Assembly (NCBI RefSeq): GCF_001194135.2
Contig: NC_068990.1
Span: 70,150,560 to 70,214,559, forward strand
Source: Octopus bimaculoides
Taxonomy: Eukaryota
DNA length: 64,000 bases
Direction: 5' to 3'
How positions within the stretch are numbered: position 1 is the stretch's first letter; each line of letters starts with the position of its first letter. A program made the position numbers and the translations under genes. The notes under the pieces were generated by a model. That model did not search any database, had not been told where the DNA came from, and saw only the letters and a program-made list of their open reading frames with translations. Positions 35,637-47,330 of this stretch are shown one piece after another.

Positions 35637-38600
35637 CTAGAACTCTAGTCTATAAGCTGAGCAACTTGTTTCGTGATCCTGTAACTGGATTGTGCAACGG
35701 CTGGCAGAAGGGGCCACATCAATCTTCAGATCAGTCAATTGGTCGCGATGTAAACCCATCCAATGTCTTAATGTTTCATTATCGTATGTTGGAATAACTG
35801 TAACTTCCAGCTCTTTGTCTTCCCAGGTTTGTTTGGCGTCCAGAAGAGCATTTAATATTTGAGGGTTTGGCGAGAGGGCACTTAGCACATAGTAACGGGC
35901 TCGAATCCTCTTGAAGAATTCAATATCACTTGATGTTGGATCACCATGGTTAGGAATATATGTCAAGTCTACATAGAAAGTAGTGTGAGGGGGTAAAGGA
36001 GGAGCAGGTTTCGAGGCTGGAGAAGTACGGCTCCCACTAGTGGTAGAAGTCGGACGTTTGGTTGCTGACAGTTTGGTCTTTGATTCCGTTTTTAAAACAC
36101 TGCTTGTAGTCTTGATCTCTTGTTTAACTGCTGTGGAAGATAAGGGACGTGATTTTGTCAAAGGTTTCTTCTCAGCAGTTGCTGAAGATGATCTTTTATC
36201 CAAGCTAGTAGCCGAAGTCTTTGGTTTACTCTTCAGATCTGCATCCCCATTGGCCAACCTCTTCTCAGGCTTGCTGCTTGTTGCAGTCTTTCGTTCTGTT
36301 AAAGGTTTAGATTTTCCTAAAGTTGTTGGTTTCTTAGTCTCAGTCTTTTTGTTGTCAGCTAACTTTTTATCAGTGGTCTTAGAATCTAATTTTGAGTGAG
36401 TTGTTCTAGATTTCATTGTTGTTGTTGAGCTCCTTGCAGCAGTTACACCATTTGGCTTTTTCGATTCAGGTGGTGGAGGGCTAGGGAGATTCATGGGCTT
36501 CCCCCATTCATCAGCAGGTTCAAATGGTTTAGCATCAGCATTAAAGCCTTCAAAATTAGCAGCTTGTCCTCCCATATAAGAAACATTCCCTTGTTGACCA
36601 AACGGATCAAAAGACTGTTGATTACTTGGAGAAAATGGTGGTGCAAGTGGTGACAAGTTGCTGGCATTGGTATTCCAGCCAGATGTGGCAGCTGATTGTT
36701 CAGACAACTGTTTAGATGAACCATAAGATTCATCAATATCTTTTTCGTCATCAGGTGTACCACCATCAATAGAGTCAGTATCATCTCTATCTTCAAATTC
36801 TTTTTCAGCAGTTAATCCATCTTCACTAGAGAACTCACCACTGTGAGATTGATGTACATCCACAGGTTGTCCCATTGTTTTGGCTTCTCCCTCACGTTGA
36901 GGAGTCTCATCCTTTTCAAAAGCTGCTGGTATTGAAGATACATGATCTTTAGCACCAGCCATGTGTTCTACTGCTGCTGCAACATGATCTTGTTGCTCTT
37001 CAAAGTGTTGGCCTTCAGGACTTCTTTCTTTTTCATCCCAGTCCATTGCCATTTCATTAGTTTCAGGTTGGGAAGCCACTTCAGAAGAATCTTCATCTTC
37101 CTCATCATCAATTTGGTCTTCATGTATTTGCTTGTCTGCTTCATCACACTGGTCAAGGGCTGTACCACTATCAGACTGATGCATACTACCTTTTGGACCA
37201 TGGTTTTCTTTGTCTTCATCTTTTTCGTGAAATTCCATTCGTGAGGCAGCACCAAAGTCTTGTTCAGCCTCATAACCCTCAGGACTGTAACGTTCAAGTT
37301 CCTCAGTCTCACGATGCATCTCTTCGTGATTACTCTCTGGACTGATTCGATCTGACAAATGGTCATCAGATGTGCTTTCTTGTTCCTCTTGACTGTCTGC
37401 CATGTCATGCTGTTCCCTGTGACCTAAGGCTTCCTCACTTGCATGTTCCCTTTCCGGGGACTCACTTCTGGCATGCTCATCTTCATACATTGGCGACTCA
37501 GCACTAGCATGTTGCCTTTCATATTCTGGAGATTCTGTGCCAGAGTGCTCTCTTTCATACTCTGGAGATTCTGTGTCAGAGTACTCCCTCTGGTTCTCTG
37601 GAGACTCTGTGCCTCTACGCTGATTTTCAAATGTTGAAGATTCAGTAGCTGTGCACTGACCTTCAAACGAGGGAGACTCAGTGCCAGCACGTTGACCTTC
37701 AAACGAGGGAGACTCAGTGCCAGCACGTTGACCTTCAAACGAGGGAGACTCAGTGCCAGCACGTTGACCNNNNNNNNNNNNNNNNNNNNNNNNNNNNNNN
37801 NNNNNNNNNNNNNNNNNNNNNNNNNNNNNNNNNNNNNNNNNNNNNNNNNNNNNNNNNNNNNNNNNNNNNNNNNNNNNNNNNNNNNNNNNNNNNNNNNNNN
37901 NNNNNNNNNNNNNNNNNNNNNNNNNNNNNNNNNNNNNNNNNNNNNNNNNNNNNNNNNNNNNNNNNNNNNNNNNNNNNNNNNNNNNNNNNNNNNNNNNNNN
38001 NNNNNNNNNNNNNNNNNNNNNNNNNNNNNNNNNNNNNNNNNNNNNNNNNNNNNNNNNNNNNNNNCTGACCTTCAAACGAGGGAGACTCAGTGCCAGCACG
38101 CTGACCTTCAAACGAGGGAGACTCAGTGCCAGCACGCTGACCTTCAAACGAGGGAGACTCAGTGCCAGCACGCTGACCTTCAAATGAGGGAGACTCAGTG
38201 CCAGCACGCTGACCTTCAAACGAGGGAGACTCAGTACCTTTGCACTGACCTTCAAATGAGGGAGACTCAGTACCTGAGCGCTGACCTTCAAATGAGGGAG
38301 ACTCAGTACCTGAGCGCTGACCTTCAAACGAGGGAGACTCAGAACCTTTGCACTGATCTTCAACTTCAGCATCTTGCTTTTTCTCATAATCTTGAGATTC
38401 TAGTCCAGCATCATGCTTCTGGTGTTCAGGAGAGTATCTCCCAGAAGCCTCACAACTAGGCTGATCAGATGGAAAGAGATCTTGCGGTTTCTCAGACAAC
38501 AATTCTTCACATTCCGGCATTAATTGGTTCTCTTTAATCTCAGAACAATCTTCTGAGATTGAGTCATCTTTTGTTTTTTCTTCTGAAATATCATCTTGGA

Positions 38601-40850
38601 GATTCTGCAAAACCTCAGCCTGTGATGGCAAGGCTGGCTCCATCAAACTACCATACATAGATGTTGACATACAAGAATCCATGGGCAATGGAGGAGAAAG
38701 TTCTCTCTCGGGACTAATTTCAACTGGAGCAGCTGTTTCTGAAGTAATCTCACTTTCAGGTAAAGTTTTAGGTTTTGAAAGAAGGTCTGCAGTTATGTCC
38801 CTTGACTCATTTCCAGAAAACCCAAGCCTTGAATCATTATATTGAATAGGCTGGCTCTCAAGAACCAAATCAGGTTCTGGTAGTGACTCTGGCTGAACTT
38901 CTTCCATTTCATCAAACCCTTTGTCTTCAGAACCAGAGGATACAATCTTATCAGCTTCAATTGCATCATCAGAACGTTGAGCATGACTCATCATGTCATC
39001 ATAAATACCCATATCCTCCATTTGTTTCATGTTTAATCTACTGCTAAGTTGGTCATCTTCAGGCTCAGCTGTAGCATCTCTTTCCACATGAGTTGGGTCT
39101 GGCAAAGGCTCAGGTGATTGGTTGTTCATGAGACAAGGTGATGTTGCATTCATTGATTGTTCAGATTCAGCTTTCATTGAAGGATGGCCAATCAGATCTA
39201 GTAGAGGATCTGAGGCAGGGCTGGATGTAGGAGCTGCTGCAGGTGTATTGCCAAAATCTACAAGTAGATTAGAATCTTTCTGGACTAGATCAGGAGGAGA
39301 TTTTTTGACAACAGGTGCAGCTGGTTCAGAAATAGCAGGAACACCATCCAAAGGAGACTGAGCTGAAGGAGCCACTTCAGTGGGAGGCGATATTTTAGGT
39401 GAGACACTATTGCTTGATTTTGGTTTATCACCCTTTTCTTTTGCTTTGCTAGTTTTTTTATTAGTGTCATCTTTCAATCCCTTGTTGGTAGTTTTGCTAA
39501 GCGATGTCCTTGATTTCACTTCAACCCTAGCTTCACGTTTGATTGGTTCGCTCTTGCTAGCCAATGGTTTTGAAGTAGTCCTAGTAGCTTTCAATGGTGC
39601 AGATTTTTTTACTGCAGTTTTTGGGGCATTCAGATCTTTATCACAGCACTTTGGAAACTTCAACACATTTAGGGTCTTCATTTTCTCAAGACCTTCAATG
39701 ATTTTATGTTGAGGAGCATTCCCAGGGAAAAATATGCGAGTAATTTTTTCTAATGGGTCAGCTGGCCGCCAGATTAAAAGTGCACATATGGACAACATGT
39801 TTGGGAGTGGACATTGAGAACCATTCACCTGAATTGATTGTTTACTCCATTGTTGATAAAATTCCTTTAATTCTTTGCTGTCTTGGACAGGATTCAAGAT
39901 GTACATATCCAGAGATCCATGGCCAACTTTATGATAAAGATTCACTGGATCAATCTGTGGAGAAGTTGCAGGTCGAGAACAAGAGTTAACAACTTGTCTT
40001 AATTGTCGCACATAGTCAGTAATTTTATCTCCTTCATTAGAAAGATTTATCAGTAAACTATCTGCTGATGGTTTTCCGTCCAATTCTGATTCATCTTGCG
40101 AGTTCCGGTTACCCTTTGGGGCATTGAAGTAAACATGGCCTATCTCTGGGTGCACATTTTCAATGCTCTTACGGTGTAAGACTGAATTAATGCCAAAAAG
40201 GTTATCAATACCCAAGTGTGTGAGCAAGAGTGCATCAATGCGGTCAAGATGACGAGTGAAATCCCAGAAACAAGCCTTTTTGTTGTAGCCACCATTTACT
40301 AATAGATTGAAACCACTAATTCCAAACAAGGCAGAGTCTCCTTGGCAACCAGGGAACACGTACAGGGTTGGTTTGCTGAATCTGATATTACCAACAACAT
40401 CAGAAGATCGAAGCATTTCTTTTAGAGACCTACATTTCACATAATTGCACAGGTAAGTGCTAAATTGCAAAACACCAGTCAAATCAGAAAGTTTATCCTC
40501 AGGGTTCAAATTAATTTGAAGAACTTTGCTTCCAATCTTTGAGAGGTTTGCATTGTTCCATTCTCCAGTTGCAAAACAATGAATATTTAATATACCTTCC
40601 TCTTGTTGTTTTAAAGCATTCTCAACATCAGGATCCTTCAATGTTGCAGCAAAATTGCCAAAGGAAAACGGGGCATCTTGCAAGATCCATTCTCCAGAGC
40701 CATGCAAGACATGACCTGCATATATTAAGTGATGGTACTTAACAGGTGCTCCAAGGAAGTTTTTCAAAGACCTCTTCACAGTAGTTGATTGAGGTGCTAT
40801 CAATGCTTCCACAGACAAAGTGACAGAACTATAACGCAGCACTCTTTCAC
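35637..40850 (-). CDS. futsch: MAP1A/1B/futsch-like microtubule-associated protein, giant terminal coding exon (most of heavy chain plus light chain); contains a 295-N gap
   Basis: Acceptor (T)n-GCAG| at 40851/40850. Conserved MAP1 N-terminal domain (GERVLRYSS, KPTLYVFPGCQGDSALFGISGFNLLVNGG, CFWDFTRHLDRIDALLLTHLG, NLYHKVGHGSLDMYIL). Conserved C-terminal light-chain domain (FYVDLTYIP, FFKRIRARYYVLS, VTVIPTYD, DVAPSASRCTIQLQDHETSCSAYRLEF-stop). The ORFs 37750..40842 and 35637..38387 join through the gap inside a 36-bp repeat. Confidence 0.92.
37440..38400 (-). repeat. Coding 36-bp tandem repeat encoding GTESPSFEGQRA-like 12-mers
   Basis: Unit ggcactgagtctccctcgtttgaaggtcaacgtgct is near-identical on both sides of gap 37770-38064 and degenerates outward (DTESPEYEREHS, SAESPMYEDEHA). 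Confidence 0.95.
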
Positions 40851-41487
40851 CTGCAAAAAAAAAAATGCAGTACAGGTAAGACAGAACAAAAGCAAGTTAC
40901 AAATTAAATCATAGCAAAAACTTAAAAACAATCAATATATTCAAGATTATGTATTTGACAAAATACAAAAGATGACTTACACCTTCCCAGTTTGTTCTCA
41001 ATGAAATATTTAGTTCAAATAAAATAGTTACTGCTTCAAAATAAGATGTTGAGACATCATTTTCATTCAAATATTAAAACAGAGGCTAAGTAAGAACCTC
41101 TTCAAGAAAATTCCACTTTCAAACTGTAAACCAAAGAGCTACTCCCTTCCACACAAATACTAAAAAGCTTATCACTGAAGTTACCATCTACAATGATACA
41201 ATAACCTATTTGTGAAAATGACAATTATCAAGATGTTGAGTTGGCAGAATTATCAGTACACTGGGCATAATACTTTGAGGCATTTTGCCTGCCTTTATGA
41301 TCGAGTTCAAATTCTGTCAAGTTGACTTTGCCTTTCATCCTTTCAGGGTTGATCAATTAAGTACCACTTGAGCGCTGAGGTTGATATAATCAACCTATCT
41401 GCTCCCAGGAAATTGCTGACCTTGTGCCAAAATTTGAAACCAAGATGTTGAGCTGGCAGAATCATAAGCACATTGGACAAAATGCTT

Positions 41488-41797
41488 TCTTTTATTCTTT
41501 CACTTGTTTCAGTCATTTGACTGTGGCCATGCTGGAGCATCACCTTTAGTTGAACCAGGACTTATTCTTTGTAAGCCTACTACTTATTCTGTTGGTCTCT
41601 TTTGCTGAACTGCTAATTTACGAGGACGTAAACACACCAACTTTGGTTGTCAGGCGATGGTGGGGGTACAATCACACACATATGATGGGCTTCTTTCAGT
41701 TTCTGTCTACCAAATCCACTCACAAGGCTTTGGTTGACCTGAGGCTACACTAGAAGACACTTGCCTAAGGTGCCATGCAGTAGGACTGAACCCGGAG
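41488..41797 (-). mobile_element. SINE family A copy nested inside a family B copy
   Basis: Aligns to 5181-5606. The B-family head (41448-41487) and remainder (41810-41950) flank it. Confidence 0.8.
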
Positions 41798-42815
41798 TGA
41801 TGATTCTTCTGATTTTACATTGAGATCCAATTCTGCCAAAGCCAACCTGGATTTTCAGCCTTTCAGGGTAAATGAAATAAAGTACATGTACTGAGGTTGA
41901 TGTAATTGACACCCCTCACTCAAAATTGCTGGCCTTAGGTTAAATTTAGAAATAATTCTTAATGTTGAACTGCCCAACCCATGCCAACATGGAAAACAGA
42001 CATTAAATGATGACTATAGAAAATTAATTTAATCAACATATTCTGCATTGTCAGAATATGGGTATATTAAAGGCAAAATTTCAACAAATTATGTTCATAT
42101 TCCAAAGAACAGTACTATAAAACCTATTGAATCATTATGAAAAAGTTGATTAATTTTGAAAAGTAGGATCACTGTTAGTTGTCTGAATGACTACCTATGT
42201 AGCTGCCTTAATACGGTCTACTTTCTACCAGGGCTCAACTGGACTATACTACAACTATAAACATTTTAACTCCTATAAGAGAGAAGTAATTGCTGATATG
42301 AAAAAATCATTTCAGAAAAATGACACCAAATAAGCAAAACAACTCACTTAGAATAATCATGACAATTTTAAAACAATGACAATGTTTAATAGAGAGAAAC
42401 AGTTATTTTAAAATATAAAAATTTGTAATATTGGTAGCTTGGAAATGAGTGTGATGGCAATAATGACAAGGATAAGATAAAATGACACTGATAAGATAGA
42501 GAAAAGCAAGCGAATAGAATGAAACAAGGAATACCTAGATGTTGATTTCTTGAGGTTTAAACTCATTTATTCTGAATCAATAGTGATTTGTTAATACTTT
42601 TTTTTCTTAATGGCATCGAGAGGAATAACAGCATCCAAAATTTTCGAGGCTGATGGCAGGAAGTTGTCCTCAAAGCGACCTATTCCAGATAGTTGCTATA
42701 CAATGTGCTCTCCTAAAGGTGATCAAAGGGCCAAGTGATAGTATGAAACGATGCTGAATTATGCCTGTGACCCCAAAACAGGAATGTTTCCTTTGATGGA
42801 GCTTCTACAGTTTCT

Positions 42816-43048
42816 TATTTCGTTATTGCCCACAAGGGGCTAAAGATAAAGGGGACAAACAAGGACAGACAAAGGGATTAAGTCGATTACATCCACCCCC
42901 AGTGTGTAACTGGTACTTAATTTATCGACCCCAAAAGGATGAAAGGCAAAGCTGACCTCGGTGGAATTTGAACTCAGAACGTAACGACATTGAAATACTG
43001 CTAAGCATTTCGCCCGGCAGGGTAACGTTTCTGCCAGCTCGCCGCCTT
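42816..43048 (-). mobile_element. Young full-length SINE family B copy (head aaggcggcgagctggcagaa)
   Basis: Retains many CpGs. Other copies: 6191-6392(+), 13148-13310(+), 16660-16875(-), 16905-17080(+), 31030-31225(-), 31500-31710(+), 41240-41445(+), 46360-46520(-), 48478-48690(+), 52258-52440(-), 52470-52665(-), 54445-54570(-). Confidence 0.9.
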
Positions 43049-46000
43049 AGCAGAAACTGTAGAAGCTACAGTTTCTGCTAAGCAAAAACTCTAGATTGGT
43101 TGAGTTGACATTATATAGCAACATATTTAACCAAAATCACATGGCTTGGGAGCTAAATTTTTAATTCCACAGTTATGTATGCCTATGGAAAGCTCGAAAA
43201 CAAAGTCAATACCAATGTGATTTGGAATCTAAACGCAGTACTGTAAGACTAATTCTCAGCTAATGTGCTTCACATAATCAAGAATGACTCCTTTATGGTA
43301 CTTTATAGGACTTAACCTTAAGTCCTTAAAATGAGGACCCTTTCTTTGAATCTAATTGATACATTAGCAATTTTCATAAAGAGAAATATTTTTTTACAGT
43401 TCAACTCACACCAAGATAAAAACTGTTTTAATCTCACTCAGAATGATGATCAAAATGAAATTCTACTCGATACATATACTCAATTGTCTCATTTTCGGTC
43501 AAGGGGGTCATTGAAACCTGGCACAGTCCTCTGGCTCATCAAGCTCCTGTCAAACCATCTTAGAATTATAGTTTATATGTAAATGAGATGAGTTAAGTCA
43601 GCTCAAACTGAGCTAGCCAATGTTACTTGATAATTTAGTTAACTCAAAATTTGTGATGCCACTTACTAGCTTTTATATTATTCTCTAATTAAGGCCTTTT
43701 AGCACACTTCTAATCTATTCTCATATATTACATCAATCATGAGCCAATTAACGTTCACTTTCAGAACTGCACAATACCAAGGTCGAACAAAGAAGTAAAA
43801 TTCCATGAGACTTTAAAATATAACTTCTTTGAATGATGACAATGATAGGGATGTAAAAACTGAATTACTGATAAATTGTTCAATAGCATGCAAATGTTCT
43901 AAACTCCTGAAGGTGAGAGCCTATCATTAGTAAAAAAAAAAAAAAAAAAAGGAGAGGGAGAGGATTAAAATAAGGAACCTTTCTTGGGTGACAAAGTTGG
44001 TAAGTACAGAAGTTGAATTACATTCATCATGACCAGCCAGGATCTCCCATTTTCCCCAGTTCAACTCTGCATTACATCTCTTTGTACAGTTAGATTTTAG
44101 TATTAGAAAAATCTGTTCTTTCAGCATTCTTATGTTGTTTTGATGACAAGTATATTGTTGTAAATTTAATTGATTCCCTTTTCAGTATTTCGGGGAATAT
44201 GGTGAAGTCTATGATTGACTGAGGATGATCAGAATCATCTCCAACTTGCTGAAAATGAATCAAAACAATGATTCCTTTTCCTGCTGTATAAGTCTTTTTG
44301 ACTTTTGATGCTCTCTGAAATAATAGGTTGGCATTTGTTTTATCATGCAAGATGGTGCCTGCTTGAACATTTCCCCTGGTACTTTATTATTGTCTTAGAA
44401 TTAAATTTTGTAGGTAAACACGGTTCTTTCTCCATGCCAACTACCACCATGATCATTTATTGTCTGTATGCTGGAATGGTCTGGATAATTTGATAGGAGC
44501 TTGCAAGCCAGAGGACTGCAAACTCCAAAGTCTTTTGCAAACCAGGTACTTTTCATGTAGCACTGGCATTAGCAAGATCACCAAGTAACTTCCAAGTAGC
44601 TTTATGCCAGGTGACGAGAGGTTAAAATACAATAAAACAGTGACAGGTGTGTAAAATTTAAAATACGAACAACCAAACATGATTCTTCCATCTAACCCTA
44701 GTTGTTGATGCACTGACAATTCTTACATGAACACAGTTTAGAGAAATCTGTAGCTGATGAAAAACAAAAAATTTTAATTGAAAACCCACATGTCAAAGTC
44801 CAGGTTTAGGATCTACACAGATTTCCACAAAAATCAGGTTTATTCACATAATTACATTTTTTGTTTGTTTTTTTTTCTCCTAAATCTGATGCGAATTTCT
44901 ATGGCAACCATTTGAAAGATGCACAACATAAACACAAAACGCACCAGACTAATAGATACATGACTGTAGAAATTTGTGGCTATTTTTGTTTTTAAAAGAG
45001 GACAAATAATAGGGTACAACGGAAGCAAAATCAAATTTGAAAGCAGTAATTGTGAACTTTTGAGGAAATGAAAAAACTGAGTTCATTCAATTACAAAAAG
45101 ATCTGATTTACAACAGAGGAATAAACTTAAAAGAATTTTTCTTTTAAAATAGAATAAGAATCAATTAAGAAATAAGAAAAGGGGAATGTTCCAGAATATG
45201 AGACTTTATCCATTGTCTTCACCATACAACAAACTGAATTTCAGGATACATTATTACATGAATATCTCATTTTTGACACAATGTGGCACCTTTAAAAATG
45301 TTGATACATTTCAAACAAGGAATTTTAGGCTTTTTGATACTGGCTTTGATTAGTTCACTATGGTTATAGGTGCAGGCATGGCTATTTGATTGAGATAGTT
45401 GCTTCCAAACCATGTAGTTTCAGGTACAGTCCCACTATGTGATCTTAGTATCTACAATAGCCCCTAAGGCCAACCAAAGCCGAGAGTGGATTTGGTTGAT
45501 AAAAACTGAAAGAGGCTTGTGTCTCCTTAACTCCACATCATGTAATGGTTGAAAAAGAGTTGTCATTGTCATTCATTTCCACAAAAAACATGTGTGGTGA
45601 TGGAGGGTGACAGGAAGGGTATCCGGCCATAAAAAAATCTAGCTCAAACTCCATCTGGTTCACACAAGCAAAGAAAAGTGGAAGTTATAAAATTCACACT
45701 ATTTTATACTTGATTTTTAACTGAAAAACCTGGGGGTTTACTGATACACTAGTAAATATAGTGTGTGTACACACAATGTTTTGGAAAAGTTTTCAAGAAT
45801 ACGTCCATTCACTGTTACTGAGATAACTGAAAATGTGTACACATTGAGCTATCTGGTCACAATATATTTTTGCCAGTAACTAAGAGTGTTTAAATATAAA
45901 GCAACCAAGATGATGTCGCGGTACCAAAGTGGCTAATACAATTGTTAATGCTTAGTACTTTTGTCAACCAGAATGGTTTCTCTCAATATAGATTTAAATT

Positions 46001-46548
46001 TTTATATTACTGATTCTTGTATGGATCAAATCTCTTCACCTCTCCTGTAACAATATGGTAGTTCTTATAATATATTTGTATCTGATGGGGGAGCAAGAAC
46101 TCCTTCCTCCATTTACTGTGAACAGAGAGCATTAGTTCCCTGAATTCATTTTCAAATTCCTATTCAATTGAATCTTATTTTAGTCTCTACTAATCAATAT
46201 TCAACTCCATTTTCTGCAGGTCGATGCCTGTAAGGATTAACGGAATTAAAAGGAAGTAGTGTTGAGGAGAGAAGATTACCAGATTTTGGTAATGAGACAA
46301 TAAGAAAGACTAAAAAGGATTGTAAGATGCTTGCTAGTTTGGAGGTGCAGCATCGTTAGTGGCAAATTGATTTCCAACAATGGTACAAGGTCACCAAACT
46401 GGGGTGGGTATAATAAACTTACCCCAGTACTTCACCAGTACTATATTTTTTTCAACCCTAAAGAAATGAAAAGTAACGAGGACTTCAGCAGTATTTGAAC
46501 TCAGAAGGCAGGTGGCTAGAACTAAATTACTTTTGTTTCACAATTTAA

Positions 46549-46755
46549 CCCTTTTGATACTAACCAAAGACCACAAGATTCCATAATACAAACTTCCCGT
46601 TTTAAAGTGATTTAAATTAAAATCTTTCATTACAATTTCATGTTAATTAGTGTTCCAAACATCAGTTCAATAATGAGGTTATTCAACCAAATTCTTCATT
46701 ACTCTCAATTGACTTAAACAAAGGCAGCAGTGTATTTCAGAAATATAACAAAGGG
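46549..46755. mobile_element. TTAA-flanked MITE with CCCTTT termini (piggyBac-like non-autonomous element)
   Basis: TTAA|CCCTTT...AAAGGG|TTAA. The internal sequence is shared in reverse orientation with 4857-5080 and 9080-9289. Confidence 0.7.
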
Positions 46756-46829
46756 TTAATAGTTTCAGTGTTGTATGCAAACTCCTGAAATGAGTACGAG
46801 GACTGTATGAAGTGTACAAAGGAATAGCA

Positions 46830-47330
46830 TCTTTTAAACGCTTTCCAGAAGGTTTGTGTATAGAAGATGTTACCTCCCACCATCACTTGGACCATTACTC
46901 CAATATGTGGTACATTTGTGCTTTGTAAAGGGCCAGCAGATGTTTTGAGCAGAATTTGTTTGTGGGCTTAAAAAGAAAGACCCAGTCTTTCAGAAGCCGT
47001 CATAGCATTGTTATCAAATATATGATCAACATGAAAGATATGCATTTGTAGCAACCTCAAGAAAAGGTAGGCTGTTTTTTAGAGATGGTTTTCTTGATGT
47101 ATATCGTGACGTAATGCAAGTGTATGGATTGTATGGATGAAACCTATATATGAAAGGCCGAGGAGCAAAGGATACCTCTACCACAATGAAATTAATAGCT
47201 AGTATATAGTAGATGAAGCATGCGAGGGACATGACTGAGCTGAGGAATATAAGAGTTAATGGAATGTGGATGAAGAGGAAACTTCCACAAAGAAAAGGAG
47301 ACAGTTGTCCAAGGGCTACTTTTCTAGTAG
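46830..47330 (-). mobile_element. Highly decayed CR1/L2-type LINE RT remnant, possibly extending to ~48000
   Basis: Minus strand reads LLALYKAQMYHILE (compare LLTLYKAQIRPxLEY) and SSVMSLACFIYYI (compare QGSVLSPTLFLLYI). Confidence 0.5.

Noticed and set aside
36927-36938. SSIP as an EB1-binding SxIP motif
   Set aside because: Acidic context; functional SxIP motifs need basic, Ser/Pro-rich flanks.
37770-38064. Frame change in MAP1 as a pseudogenising frameshift
   Set aside because: It falls inside an N gap of estimated size within the tandem repeat; repeat phase shows the gap length is inexact.
37600-38350. 36-bp repeats as a CRISPR array
   Set aside because: The units are contiguous with no spacers, are in frame within a eukaryotic CDS, and no cas genes are present.
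37424-38459. Overlapping alternative-frame ORFs (KVSAQVLSLPRL; LQTRETQC repeats)
   Set aside because: By-products of a stop-free repeat unit and N runs.
40983-41030. 48-nt open phase-1/1 pseudo-exon on the minus strand
   Set aside because: Weak acceptor and weak donor (GTGTAA); the stronger GTAAGT donor gives a 50-nt frameshifting exon.
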